Source of the DNA: Ministeria vibrans ATCC 50519
Taxonomy: Eukaryota; Protista; Filasterea
NCBI GenBank assembly: GCA_943704425.1
Contig: CALSCP010001856.1
Location: 7,344 to 71,343 of the forward strand
Length of the DNA stretch: 64,000 nt
Reading direction: 5' to 3'
Notes under the pieces: generated by a model
Databases searched by the model: none
Told to the model about the DNA's origin: nothing
What the model saw: the letters and a program-made list of their open reading frames with translations, nothing else
In this document: in pieces, positions 1 to 13,900 of the stretch
How the letters are laid out: each line of letters starts with the position of its first letter
Position numbering within the stretch: position 1 is the stretch's first letter
Position numbers and translations under genes: made by a program

Positions 1-288
1 GGCCGATCCCTGTGTGGCAAGCGTCACAAGCGAGAATTCGGGTTTCTCTTTGGTTGTTTGCTGATCCGCCACAAGAACGTCCGTCCAGATGAGATAGTCG
101 CCCTTCTCGGCCGTTGGCGATATACTAGCCAGTTTGATGGTTTCACGCCGCGACAAAGCCTCCGTGACAATATCGTGTCTGGTTGACGCCCGTTCGGATC
201 TTCGCCGTGACACGAATGCGACAGTGAGTAGCGCGACGACACTGAGCGACGTCAGCATCACCCCATGCCTCACACGGACCACGGGCAT
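1..288 (-). CDS. 5' part of a type II membrane glycosyltransferase, B4GAT1/LARGE-like (GT49); runs off the window edge
   Basis: Open frame from ATG 288 to base 1, not in the ORF track: MPVVRVRHGVMLTSLSVVALLTVAFVSRRR...KGDYLIWTDVL...VTLATQGSA. It has an N-terminal signal anchor, and the GDY and VTLATxxS motifs resemble B4GAT1 (GDYRVY...DVILATHAS). Confidence 0.5.
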   Translation of the reverse strand, partial: MPVVRVRHGVMLTSLSVVALLTVAFVSRRRSERASTRHDIVTEALSRRETIKLASISPTAEKGDYLIWTDVLVADQQTTKEKPEFSLVTLATQGSA

Positions 289-509
289 CTACGGTGTCTG
301 ATGCACACTATGTCTGTCGTCTTGAGTGGCTACCGTGCACACCAAGCCGATTCGAAACAGAAACAACAAAACAATTAATTTGATTTTTGGCAACATTTTT
401 TTTATTATCCAGAAGTGACGCTTGAGCTCGCTGCTGCCCTCGCTTGGCTCCCCCCTCCCTCCTTCCAGCATCCCCTTTTTGCTTTCTTCTTTGCATTGAC
501 GGGTGAGCC

Positions 510-3022
510 ATGTCGGACCAACGCATGGCAACCATCACCGAGGCTGAGTTTACCAGAATGCAACAGGAACTCATTTCGGAAAAGTCTCGACGATACGAGG
601 CGGAACAGCGCCTGAATCGCTCGTCGGGCGCTCCTTCCACACCGACACCGGCAGCCGGCTCGTCCGCCACTCCATCGGGGTTTAGCGGGCTCTTTCGCAA
701 AGAGAAGGAGAGCACCGACTCACCCTCGCGCGGCCGGTTCAGCATTGCCGGCATGGGCGAGCAGCTGGGTAACAAGCTGAGCAGCCTCGGAAGCAACGTC
801 AGTGGCGGTGGTGCTGCCAAAATGCGCGAACTGATCGACGAGAACGAACAGTTGAAAAAACACTTGGAGCGCTCCTTTGACGATCATCGTGTCCAGAACA
901 TGGCCGTCATGGAGAACATGGCTGCCATCGAACGCGTAAGACGTGCACTGTCCACCCCTCTTGCGCTGCTGCTCTCTGAATCATTATCTCTGTTTGCTTT
1001 TTGTGAACCCCATATTTTGTCTTGCAGGATCGCGCTCGACTCGAAGACGAACTTAAAACACTGCGCGAATCCAATCAGAACACCTCGAGCACCTCGAACG
1101 AACACGAACGACGCATTGGAGATCTTGAAGCCGACCTGAGTGCCACCAAAAGTGAGTTGGAGTCGTCGCAGGAGCGCTACCGTCGACTGCTTGCCGCAAG
1201 CGACAGCACCGTTTTGGGCGACGACACCGACGCTGCCAGCAAACTGCGCGCCGAGTTGGAGCGCCTCTCACTCTCGCACGACGAGTTGCAGCGCAAGGTT
1301 ACTACTCTCGCGCCACTTGAGGCGCGCGTCGCCGCCTTTGACGAAGGGCGCGTCGAGTTGGAGGGCCGTCTGGCTGCGAGTGAGACGCGCGCTCGCGAAG
1401 CTAACGAAGCGTGTGATAAAATCAAGGACAAGCTGCGCCGTAAGCAAGAAAGTTATCAAGCGCTTCAGGAGGAACGCGAGCGAGTGTACACGGAGGCTCG
1501 CGAGCACGAGGCAGAGGCAAAGCGATTTCTTCAGCGGCTGCGTGCGCTCGAGCAGGACGCCAATCCCGAGGAGACCCAGCGTCTGCGCACCCTTTTGGCC
1601 GACACGACCACACAGCGCGATCTGTTCCAGCAACAAATGGGGCACATGCAGCGCAAAATGAACGAAATGCACCAAGAGCACGTGGGGCGCATGCGTGATG
1701 CCGAACGAAACGGGGCGGCCGCCAAGGAGTGCGCCATGTTGCAGAGTCGTCTGGGTGAAATCGAACGCGAGCTCGACGAGACGCGACGACAGGCCGAAAA
1801 GCGCAAGTTTATGCTCGACGACATGTCCATTCAGAACCAGGAGATGGTCAAGAAGCACCAAGAGGAGGCGGCGGCCAGCGAGGTTGCACACTCAGCCGTC
1901 GTCGACAATTGGCGTCAGCAGTGCGATCAACTTAAGGCGTCTGTCGACGCCCGTGACCGCTCCATTGCCGAACTTACCGCGTCCGTCGACGAACTTCGCC
2001 AGACTATTGATCAGCAACACGTCGAAGCACAAGCACATGAGAAATCGGCGCAAGAGCAACGCGCAGCGGCGGCCGCTGACCTCGCCATGACTGTGACGCA
2101 GCTCGACGAGGCAAAGGAGCGGTGCGACAAGTTGGAGAAGGAGATTATCGCTCGTGATGCGGCGCAGGAAGACCATGCAGCCGCTTTGGCACAGATGCAG
2201 CAGGAAATTGAAGATGCGCGCGAAGAAGGGTTGCTCAAAATGAAGAACACGTCGAAGCAGCTCAAGGACACGCTCAAACAACTGGCTAAGGTCACGGACG
2301 AGCTTGCGCGCGTCAAGGACGAGCTCAATCGCACCACGGACGAACTTTTGAGCTTGCAATCGGCCAACGAAGAGATGAACAATCGTTCTATTTCCACCGG
2401 CTTCTATCCGAGTGGTGGCAATGGCGGCGGCGGCGGCGGCGGTGGTGGTGGTGGCGGCGGCAGCGGCGGAATGGGCAGTAATCTGCTACAGCTTGGCTCG
2501 AGTCTGTTCCAACGCTCATCTGTGTCTCCCTCGCGGACCAGCCTTGACGTACCGCGCTCGCCCGATTCAAACAAGGACCTTGCCGACGACAATGCTCAGC
2601 TCATCGCGCGCGTCACCACACTACAGGCAGACAAGTCCAACTTGGAGGAGCGCGTGCGCTACCTCGAAGACTCTAATGCTGGTCTGGCTCAGGACCTCAC
2701 CAAGAAGTCATTCATCATTCATAGCTATGCCGTCACGGGCCGTGGCGATGGGCTTGCGGGCTCCATGGATGCGAGTCCCTCCTCGCCTGCCCCTTCGACG
2801 TCCACTGCTGCGGTAGGCGAGTCGTCCCCGGCGCAGAACTCGTCGCGCAGCATGCTCTCCATGGCCTCCAACATGCTTACTTCCAACCTTCCCATGTCCT
2901 CCCTCCTCCGCAAAGCCCCCAATTCACAAGAGGTCTCCCTGCGCCTTCAAGGCGCCCTTGAAGAGGCCCTCACCAAAAATGTTCAGTTGCAACAAGACAT
3001 TGACACGCTCGGTGCGCTTTAA
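510..3022 (+). CDS. GRIPAP1: GRIP1-associated protein 1 (GRASP-1)-like long coiled-coil endosomal protein; 2 exons (intron 936-1027)
   Basis: N-terminus ITEAEFTRMQQEL and C-terminus LQGALEEALTKNVQLQQDIDTLG match GRIPAP1 ([36 protein letters not shown]). A phase-0 GT-AG intron joins ORFs 510 and 1022. Confidence 0.75.
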
Positions 3023-3262
3023 GCTCTTACAAAGCGCCTTCGAAGAGTCGGGTTGNNNNNNNNNNCCCCCCCCTCAACTGCAATACCGTGTATCTATGCA
3101 TGCATGCTGGCTAGAAACCGTCCTGTGTCTCTGTGTCTCTGTGTTCTATCGGCTCTATGTCGTGCAACAATGCTCACCCACGCTTTTTTCCTCTTTCTCG
3201 CTCTCCACCTTTCCCGCTGGCTTCTTCATTCTTCTGGGGTGCTTTCAACGAGTAGACGCAAC

Positions 3263-4451
3263 ATGGTACGAGAAGAGCCCGCCTGGAGCGTGTCTCAGTA
3301 GAGTGTCTCATTTTTCTCTTTTTGTTCACTTAGGCGGTCGGAAAACAGAAGCGCGTTTCCAAGGGCAAGAAGGGTCAAAAGAAGGCGTAAGTAGTAGCAA
3401 ACCCCACCCCACTCCATCCGCCCGCTGCTTTTTTTTGATGTTTTTCCTCGTTTTTTTTTTTTTTTTTTTTTTTTTTTTCTCTCCAATCTGATCTTCTCTG
3501 TACAGTGTCGATCCGTTTGTGCGTAAGGAGTGGTACGAGGTCAAGGCACCCACCGTCTTCAAGAACCGCACTGTGTGCAAGACCCCTGTCACGCGCACCA
3601 CCGGCACCAGTACGTGAACTCATACACACGTTGGATCCAACGTGTCAACTGACATTTTTGAATCTTTGTTGTTCCCTTGAACAGAGATTGCCTCGGAGGG
3701 ACTCAAGGGTCGCGTTTTCGAGGCGTGCCTGGCTGATCTGTCCACCAACGAGGAGGACTGCTACCGCAAGATCCGCCTTGTCGCCGAGGACGTTCAGGGC
3801 AAGACAGTTCTGTGCAACTTCCACGGCCTCGACATGACCACCGACAAGCTCCGCAGCCTCGTCCGCAAGTGGCAGCAGCTCATTGAGGTAAAACCACCAA
3901 AACAATGGGAAGAACGAAGAAATGCTCACATTTTGCCATAAAATATTATTCTAGTGCATGGTTGACGTCAAGACGACGGACGGCTACACTCTGCGCTGCT
4001 TCTGCATTGGCTTCACCAAGAAGGCACCCAACCAGGTCCGCAAGGCGTCGTACGCGTACGCTTCGCAGGTCAAGCAGATCCGCGACAAGATGATTGAGAT
4101 CATCCAGCGCGAGGCTGCCGGACAGGTACTGACCAAAACTTTCTTGACGTTTTACTTCTTTCCAAAGCACTCCTTTTCTCACCCATTTTTTTTCCTTCCT
4201 TTTTTTTTGCATTACAGGACCTCAAGGGCCTCTTCTCCAAGATGCTCCCTGAGGTGTTCGGCCGTGAGATCGAGAAGGCGTGCCACAACATCTACCCGCT
4301 CCACAGCGTCTTCATCCGCAAGGTGAAGATCATCAAGAAGCCCAAGTTCGACATTGGCAAGCTCCTCGAGCTCCACGGCGAGTCCGCCTCGTCGGGTGCC
4401 AAGGGTGGTGCCAAGGAGTTCAACGAGCCCGCCGTCCAGGCCGAGGTCTAA
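3263..4451 (+). CDS. RPS3A: 40S ribosomal protein S3a (eS1), multi-exon; first coding exon is the ATG alone
   Basis: Spliced product M|[18 protein letters not shown]|[15 protein letters not shown]...[21 protein letters not shown]...[28 protein letters not shown]. Confidence 0.97.
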
Positions 4452-4782
4452 CTTGTCTACACCCCATCCCCAAACCCTGTTCACTCATAAAAAATCAAAA
4501 AAAGAATTTTCTATCATACGTTTTGCCCTTTTTTTCATTATTATTTACTTGTACCTACCAAGAACCAAGTCTCAACGACTGACAAGTGACAACCAGTCAA
4601 CCGCCTTCAAATCAACGTCCGAAAGGTGATTTTAAATATTGTATTTTTAGTTGGCTCCCTTCTGTCCCTCTTGACTATCAAGTCTGAAGTCTCAAGTGGT
4701 CAATATTGAATTAATTTAAATAATAAATATCATTCTTTTTTACTTTCACAAAGACTTGTACCACACGGCTTTCTTTTGCACT

Positions 4783-5274
4783 ATGGCGCACACCATTCTT
4801 TTGATTCAGGTACCGATCAACATTGAGAGGGTTTTTTAATACTCGCTATTTTTTCGCACTGTTTAGCCGACGGGCGACCTGAAATCAAGGACATACAGTG
4901 ACTATGAGAGTGTGAACGAGGCAATGGAAGGTACCCAGCACGCGACAAACTTGTTTTCTGCCCCCACTCCAATGAAACGGCGATTCGTTGTGCGGTTGCC
5001 ATTTTTGCGTTGTTGAAGAAAAGCGATGAATCGACCATTGAAACTGGCTCTTCCCACAGGCGTTCTGCATCTGTACGAGGCGCACTTGCAAGAGGCGTAC
5101 CCAACGCGCTCGCGCATCACCTACGACTTGGCTGATTTGTACACTCACATTGACGCACTGCACGACCTCTCGGCGCTCGTGTACAGCCAAGAGAGCGCCG
5201 CGTACATGCCCAAAGACAAGAAATGGATCAAGGAGCGTGTGCATAGGATGCTGAAGCAACAGCAGCGTCACTGA
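4783..5274 (+). CDS. ERH: Enhancer of rudimentary homolog; 3 exons
   Basis: MAHTILLIQ|PTGDLKSRTYSDYESVNEAMEG|VLHLYEAHL...ITYDLADLYTHID...DKKWIKERV is collinear with ERH over its full length. Confidence 0.93.
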
Positions 5275-5476
5275 AGCAACCAACGAACCCATTGTGAAAT
5301 CTTATAACATAAATACACTCAAACAGCTGCCCCCCACTAAAGACTGTGGGGAGACGCCAAGACTTTTTCTTTTCTTTTTGTTTGATTGTTTCATTCGAAA
5401 GAGAGAGATAGAGAGAGAGAGAGAGGTAGGAGAAAGGGAAATGTACAACAAAGCTACGTCTTGAGAGTACTACTAC

Positions 5477-7222
5477 CTAGTGGTGATGGCCAAGGGCAAG
5501 GACAATGGGAAGGAGAGTGCCGACGACGACGGCGAGGAGAGACGGGCGGGGCATGCGATCGGAGCCCTTGGCGGTGAGTTCAGGTAGCACGTGAACGGTC
5601 GCCACGTAGACAAAGGTGCCGGCACTAAAGAGAAGCGCGAGACCCGTCATGGACGACGCAGACGATGCCAGCGGAGGCTGCACTGCAAGCAGCGCCAGAT
5701 ACGTGAGCACGGCCGTGGCGGGCGCAGACACTGCAAACGCAAGCAAGTAGCGCCGTACCCGCGACATCTCCACCCCCTCGTGCAGAAGAAAGGTTGTCAG
5801 ACCAAACGCAGCTGGTCCCTATCACATGGATAAGCTCAACAAATGTTTTTTTTTTTTATACCTTATGTAACATAATGGCAAAGAACACCATCAGCTCTAG
5901 CGTCTGCTTCTGACTGGTAACCGCCGCTCCCAATGCGATACCGTCCGCTAACACGCGAATAAATAATCCAAAGCAATGTATACATATCAAACGTTCTGAT
6001 TTCGACAAGATGTGTGTGCGTGTGCGTTACCTGCTGCGTGCACAATGAGGCCAATGGTGGCGTGTAGGGAGCGTCGCTGGGCGGCCATGCGGGCAGCAAT
6101 GGTGTCACCACCAACGGTAGGTGAGGAGGAAGACGATCCAGAGGCGATCACAGAGGAAGAGAGGATAGGAGGGGAGGCGACAGCGGAGGAGGAGGACACA
6201 GCGGAGGCGGAGGGGCCCGACGAAGGAGCGCCGTCAGATGACAAGTGGTCGCTCTTGTCGTTGTCGTTGGTGGGTGTAGACACGGGCAACAGTGGTCCGC
6301 CGTGCGAGTGGCCTCCTCCTCCCGAGAGTTGGTCAATGAGCATCATCACAATAAACTAAAAAAATATTATTGGTCCTGCGCACGTTCTTTTTGTTTGCTC
6401 TCTCTCACTCTCACTTTGCTCTTACTCCTAATGCAAGAGCAGCCCCAATTTGACCATGCGGAGGTTCGCCACAGGGACCACCATGATCGTGATGATGATC
6501 ATCAAGTAACTGTCGTTCTAACGAATTCAATCGTCGCTCTGGTGACTAAAACAACGAACGAGAGAGCAGCAATAATAATATCAGTTCAGCTTGAGGGACG
6601 GCACACCGTCAAACGTCAAACAGCCTCCCGACACGCTTGGCTTACAAAGGTGGACGGAACACCAGCTGCTCGACCCAGCAGAGTGCGTTCACTGGCAGCC
6701 TCGGCAGCGGCAAGGGCTGGGGAACAGACAAGCCAAGCCGGTTAGGATCGAGTGCGCAGGCACACACATACACTCACACACACACACACACACACACACT
6801 CACTCACTCAGGCGTGTACACACACACAATTATATATCCATAAACACACATACATAAATACGCAACCACTCAACGCAATAAAGGAAGGAGAAGGACAGTA
6901 TGTCGTGCGGTGGGGGACAACGAAAGAGACAGCAGTGATATGAGAAAAGACCCATAGAGAAAAAAAAATGACGTTGGGAAATGTGCCAGCAAAGCGAACC
7001 TGCCGACATGTAGATGGAATTGACGCCCTCGGGGATAATGACGGCCAGGGCGGTGCCGACAAGCAGCCCGGCGCCGAGGGCCGTCGTCCAGCGGCGCGTC
7101 TCAGCACTCAACCGCATTGCAAGGGGAATCAGCCCAGCCAGGTACGACCCAACCAGCATCGCCATTCCCAGCGTCATCAGCGACGTCCATGCCCCAGACC
7201 CATCGACGTGCGTCTCTTCCAT
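5477..7222 (-). CDS. SLC39A9: Zinc transporter ZIP9, multi-exon
   Basis: Motifs AMLVGSYLAGLIPL, LGAGLLVGTALAVIIPEGV, ATIGLIVHAA and LLFSAGTFVYVATVHVLPEL; His-rich loops; C-terminal GHHH. Confidence 0.92.
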
Positions 7223-7334
7223 TGCAAAGAAAAAAGTTTGCTTTATCATTTACTCATTATTCAAATGAAAAAATGAAAATCAATCACGTCATTCAAATAA
7301 AAGGGTTTGAAAAAAAAGGAATTTTTTTTTTAGG

Positions 7335-7893
7335 ATGATGGATCTCTCTCGGCTGATTCTCGTTCGTCGGAGGAACAATGCCCTCCTCTTAGGAACAGGT
7401 CTTCTTCTTCTTTTTATTGTATGGTCGCATTCATCGTCGAACGAGACCACCGAAACGCCCACTCTCGAATTTCTGCCTCTCCCGCCGTACGCCACGCCAC
7501 AATCCCATGCTCACTTGTACATAGACGACTTACTTTGTCTCTGGTAGGGTTGTGAAGCGAAGAAAACCACCCACAGACGAGAGCAATGCCGAGCGCGACT
7601 CCATTCTGTCAATACCTGTCATAAAAAGCGTCTCTCGCCCACCGTCTCCTCCTCCTCCCCCTCCTCCGCCGCCACCGCCACCGCCTAAAACACCAAACCC
7701 AGAAAGCTTCTTGATTCGTCCTGAACCCCGACGTCTGCTCCAGCCACTCACAGAGGTGCCTTTGGCCACAGAAAACGCTCTACGTCCTCGGTTCGAACCA
7801 ATCAACACAATCATGTTTTACCACACACACACACACCACAAAGACATACACGCCACACACACCACAAAGACACTCACACACATACACACTAAG

Positions 7894-7924
<31 letters not shown>

Positions 7925-8992
7925 CTGACCGGCCTATCCTTATTCAGCCTTGCCTTGATGTTCCTCTCGACGAAATCCACCATGGATACGGATGAGATTT
8001 GGCGCACTTGGGTCGAAGAGGGTCCGCGGGATCGCGTCGCGCTTGCTGTTCACACCGCACCAGGTGTCTCCATGAACCGCGACAGTCTCCTCAGTGGCCA
8101 CGAAATACCCAATTCTGTCCACACCGACTATGCTGCTCGATCTGTTGTCACGGTAGAATAAGCACAAACAAAAATGCTTTTTTGTAGCATCAATTATTTA
8201 CTGTTGTCTTCTCTCTCACACACAATGTTGGGCAGGCAACACTGAATCTCATAGAACATACACTCCGACTCGAACCGCCCGTCGACTACCTCGCCCTGCT
8301 CTCCAGCAGCTGCGTCCCCCTCCGCTCCCTCAAATTCACCCTCGCCTATCTGGCACAGGCCAATGTCTCCTTCGTTGACTCCTTCCTGCCCTTTTCGTGG
8401 GATCCTTACGACCAGACGGATCGCGGTGACTCCTGGACACGCTATCGCTACCGTGGCGATCCCGGCGGAATCCCAGGTGCCCCGTCCTCTGCCCTGCATT
8501 CAAAATGCACTTACACTCACAGACCATCCAACCTTCTTTCTTTATCCAGGTAACGCAGTGCGCAAGGGCAGTCAGTGGATTATCTTGCACCGTCGTCATG
8601 CAGAGTTCCTCTTCAGACCGTCCGCCAGTGCCGATTTTCTAGACTGGCAAAAGAACTTTCTCTTTCGTCTCTCGCGCTCCAGCAACGAACACTTCTTCCA
8701 GAACACCTTTGCCAAATTCAACGCCGCACAGCAGACTGGAACCGCCTTCCAAAACGACACCCTCACCTTCGCACAGTGGCACTGGGAAGGACCCACCAAG
8801 AACCAGCATCCCATGCCCTTTCAAGGTGGCCCCTCTGCCTTCCAGTCGCTCCAACGAACCGCAGATACACACCACCCGTGCACCCGTCCCGCTTGCTACC
8901 TCTTCGGCCGCAAGTGGATCGGTTCCTTTGACGGCCCTCTCGACCAACTCTCTCCGCTCTGGCACTCTGCTTCGCACTTGTACGCCCAATGA
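7335..8992 (+). CDS. Type II Golgi glycosyltransferase, core-2/I-branching (GT14/DUF266-like), multi-exon
   Basis: N-terminal transmembrane segment and Pro-rich stem, then LALLSSSCVPL, SFVDSF, RKGSQWIILHRRHA, NEHFFQ and TLTFAQW, the motif series of the Branch/DUF266 family. Confidence 0.8.
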
Positions 8993-9085
8993 CACAACAT
9001 ACACCCCGCACTGGAGACAGATTTTGAGAGAAAGAGAGAGAGACGAGATTCCTTGTTTGTTTTGTAAACCAATAAAAAAAAAACG

Positions 9086-9349
9086 TTACAAAAGTCCCAT
9101 TTCTTTGAGTGCTGCTTCGAGTGCTGCGTAGCTGGCAGCACTGTACTCCTTCTACACACCAAAAGCACAATGAGCACACACGCAAATACGCACACTTACT
9201 CACTTACCTGAGGCGCGCGACACGGGCCCAGATCGAGCCCCGTCATTTTCAGCATTGCCTAATTAATTTTACTGTTAACTCACTCGGAATGCATATATTT
9301 GCGCACAAAGACACACATACAAATAAAATAATTATGAATTATTATTAAT

Positions 9350-9416
<67 letters not shown>

Positions 9417-10571
9417 TTACTATTGTCATACAAATTGCAATAATAATTATTATTATTATACATACCTTGACGGGAGCGCTTCCCCCTCCAAAGCGGTCCC
9501 ACAGCGCAACAATGTCGGCAATGATGGCCTGGTGCTTGCGCCCCTCGTCCGTCGCCACGCCCGCCGCAACCGCCGCCAGTGCAGCCTTGGCCACAAACCC
9601 AATGTTGTATGTGCTACCCACGCACCCGTCCGCTCCCAACGCGTACCCCGCCAGCATACACTCGTCACGGCCAAACAACATGTTGTACTTGCCTATGCAT
9701 CCGAACACGTCTGCTACACCCTTTCCTCTTATTCATAGAATTGTTAGTAATAGATAATACCTCCCTTGAATGAGCAGCATCGGCCAAAGTCATACATGTT
9801 GTAGTCGGTAAACTTGATGCCCGTAAACTTGGGAATGACGCCTGTTGAGTCGACCTCCTCCAGCAACGCGCGCATGCTCAACTAAAACAGTCCACGGGCG
9901 TAAGCTCCCACGACGTCCAAACACGACGTCCAAACACGACGCACTGATACCTCAACGTTGGTCAGGCACGGAATGTGGTAGTAGTAGAAGGGGGTGTTGG
10001 GACAGGCAGAGGCAGTGTCGGCCAGACACTCAACAAGGCTCTTCACGTTGCCCGGCTTGAAGTAGAAAGGAGGCACTGTGCACAAGGACACGGTGAGCAA
10101 CAACACAAGCATCGCCCTTGCCTCTCTCTTCCTGCTGCCTACCTGACGCAACCGCATCCGCTCCAATCGACTCAGCATACGCAGCAAGGTCGCGGGACTC
10201 CTCTGCAACACACGAGCCCACGTGCACAATGCACAGAAGCCCAGCAGCGCGGCTCGCCTGTGCCGACGCGAAATTGGGATGACAAAAAACGAAAACTTCA
10301 TCTCATTTTACCTCACGCCACTTTTGAGCAACCGCCTTCCGCTCGGACACCGTCAAAATAGGTCCCTCGCCAGTGGTGCCCACAGCAAACCTACAATTCA
10401 CACAGATTAGCTCTCAATGCGCAGTGGCAATCTTATCTTTGTTTACACTCCAATGACTCCACTCTCCTTGAGACGCTTTGCTTGCGCGTCAATCGTCTCC
10501 AGGCTCAGAGATCCATCTGCATTGAAGGCCTGAGGCGGCGCAGCGATAAATCCTTTGACAAGTTTGCTCAT
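9086..10571 (-). CDS. NPL: N-acetylneuraminate lyase (sialic acid aldolase, DHDPS/NAL family), multi-exon
   Basis: GTTGEG motif, AESIGADAVA, PPFYFKP, PFYYYHIP, Schiff-base lysine in GIKFT, LFGRDE...GADGCVGSTYN, GLDLGPCRAP. Confidence 0.88.
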
Positions 10572-10915
10572 GATCGTATAAAGAGTAAAGATGCAAAAAA
10601 AAGTTATCAATAGTAATTATAATGCATTTAATAGAGACATGAAAATAAAGATGAAAATATCAAAATAATAATACTATTATCAGTGAAAAGTTTGGTCAAG
10701 GAAAAAAAAGTATTACAATGCGTCTGCCGTTAGTGCCGTAGAGTAACTACGAAAAATGGAGCGCCTATAGACACATAAATAAACTCTCACATACAATTAA
10801 TGCAAGATAGGCAGACAGTGTGTGGATTCAGAAGTGTATAGTTTCTAGCGCATCTCTTTCGCAAACCCTGAACAGCGCGCAAAAGTATGCTGATTAACAA
10901 TAAAAAAGGGATTGT

Positions 10916-13900
10916 TCACTTCTTCCGCGACAACAATCCTCCAGATGACTTCTTCTGTGGACTCGCCGCGGCCCCTTGCTGCTGCTGGTGCATATGCTGG
11001 CGAAACCTCTCAGCCTGTGCAGCCATGGCACGCTTGTGCTCCTCATCGGCAGTCGCAATGTGCTCCGTCATCAGCTGAATTTGATCGCCATAGCTGCGCG
11101 AAGTGGTCGCCAACTCATCCTACACCCACACCCACACCCACACACACACACACACACACATGTTTAATCACACAGCAAAGGCACCTCCCCGCTCCGCCCT
11201 ACCCTGAGGCGCGCAACATCACGTCTGTGCTGCTCTGCATCTCTCTCCCATCGCACTTTCATCTGATCCAGTGCATCACATCGCTTTGCCAGTGCTCGAC
11301 ACTCCAAGTGATGCGCAACCGCCTTTGAATCAGCCACTTGCAACTAAAAAATAAAATTTTGTTTCGTTTAGCGCTAATCTCTTCTCTTGCCGCTCCCTTA
11401 CGTCTTTTGTCAATTGAGAAATGCGACTCGTAAAATGTTCGCGAATCAGATCTTCGCGATTTGCTTCTTCCGCCGGAAGAGGAACCATCGGAAGCTGAAG
11501 ATTCATAATGAGGATATTGTCCCCAGCACTTACTTGCGGTTGTTTTGTACCTTTGATTTGTGGAGTTCCCCAGTGGAACTCAGAACAGACACCAGTGTGC
11601 CTCGTTCGCCCTCACGCACCCGCAGCTCATCACTATCGTTCTCCTGAAGTCCCATTGAATCACATAAATATATATGATGTGAGCGAAGCACTCGCTCACG
11701 TATTAATGTTTTTTAATATTTTACTTTGTCCGGGTTTGAATCCACAGAGGCGCTCGCACTTGCCACCACGACTGGAGCCTCTGCGGTAACTGCATTTTCA
11801 TCACTTGCATCATTGACGTCCGTTCCGTCGTCGGCTTCACCTCCACTACTCAAGACAATTCCTGACTGTGCCGCTGTCTCTGTGACAATCTTGCTCTGCT
11901 GTTCATCCCTCTGCTTCTGCCGCTGCACCTTCCGCATTGTCTCATCGCACTCCCGTCGCACCTGCTCCGCCTCCGCCACCGCCTTTTCTTTCTCCCGCTT
12001 CCACTTTTCCACCTCCATCTCCAACTCCCGCACTCGCTCACCACCTCGCACTGGCGACGCGCCCCGGCCGCCGCCTACACCGCCAGCTCCTTCAGTTCGC
12101 AGTCGCTCCTTTGCACTGCGGTTCTGCAGAAGTTGGCACTCTAACATCCACTTTTCTCGCTCTTGCTCAATCTTCGAGATCTGCTTTCGCATCAGTGCCA
12201 CCTACCAAACAGTCATAATACAAACCAGAACAAAAGATTCTTGTTAATAAAAGCACAGTCATAATCAATCAATCAGAAAAACAAAAAACAATAGCAAAAA
12301 ATTAAAATATAATAATGAATAATAAGACGTGAATAAAAAAAATTGATAGTTATTTTAACAATAATGATAATAATGATAATAATAATAATAATAATAATAA
12401 TTATTATTATTATTATTACCTTCTCCTGAAGTGACTCGGAAGTGGTCACAGACGACTGGGCAGATGAGCGGTTGGCAATGGCAATTTCATAGGGCACGGT
12501 GGGCTGCAGAGGACGTGCACGGAGAGACGCAACAAAGGCAAGAGCACGTCGGGAGAGACGCGACACGGACGCATCCGACGACAATGGTGCTGTGGATGTG
12601 TCAACGGGCACTGAAGCACCTCCACTTGTGCAGCTCGACGAACTTGTTGAAAGGAATAGGATGTGTTCGCGAAGGAATGTTGCTGCTTTGCCAACGCACG
12701 CTGTAAGACTGGCGAGCGAGCCAATGACGCGCTCATTGATGGCGCGCAGACTCTGTGGAGTCGTTGGTAATGTGAGCTCTTGTGACGTCTTGCTTGCAAA
12801 CTGGGCACTAAAAGTGCGCAGTGATACTTGGAGGCGTTCAATGGCGGTCGCTAAGCGACCCAAAACCGCGCGAGCGTTGGCCTGAGTCGCACCTGCACCT
12901 GCATCGGCACTGCCCACACTATCGGCGGTGCTTGTGACGCCGTTGCTGACGGCAATAGCGGCGCGGAAGTAGTCGTGCGCCAGTCGCATGTTCACCTGAG
13001 TAGTGCGCATCGACTCGATGAGCAGCACGTTGCGCGCACGAAGAGTCGGTGTACACGAGGGATTGTCAATTTCGTCCTGCAGCACGAGCAAGTGGTACGG
13101 CAGCGAGGTATCTGTGTTGCCAATGAGTCGCGCAAAGGCTGACGCAAACGCCGCGAGACACTCGGAAGGCGAGCGAGGCGACGCGGGCTTGTCGCTGCCA
13201 CTGGTGTCCACCTGTGAGTCGCATGAGTGTCGCACCGCGTCGAGGATGGGCGCCTGCAGAGTGTCAAGAAGCGATTGGAGCTTGCGTACGGCAAACGAGG
13301 GGGTGGCGTTGGGAAACACACTCACGCGCTCTACATAGGCAGTGTGGTAGGCACGGAGCGAGTCGGAAAACTCGGACACAAGCGCGCGCGCCTGCGTCAC
13401 CACCAGATTGGTCTTGCGCAATCGTCGACTGTCAAACGAGGGCACATTGAGCGCATTGAATGCGCCAATTTCGGTGTCATCAAAACGCAGCTTGCGCGAC
13501 ATGGTTGTCTTGGCACGATCCTTGACGCGCGCCAGCTCCTCCTTGCATCGACCAAGTTGCTCTTGGAGCAACTCGAGTTCGGAGCGCGAAGCACCGGCGT
13601 CTGCCTTGGCCGTCTGCAACGCTTGCGTTAGTGCCGCCACTTCGCCCTTGCAGCGCTCCTCGAGTGTCTGGTGCTTCTCACGCAGTGCCTTGAGATCACT
13701 CTCGCGTGACACAAGCAGATGCTTCTGGTTGGCCATCTCGCGCTCAATGTCCGCCAACTGGTGCTCTTGTTGACGTTTCTGCTCAAAGATGCGCGAGTGC
13801 AGCGCCTCGTTCTCGCGAATTTTCGCCTCGAGTTCTCCCGTGGCCGCTTCAAGTGTCTCATTCGCCTTGAGCGTGCTCTGGCGCTTGCTCATCGACGGTG

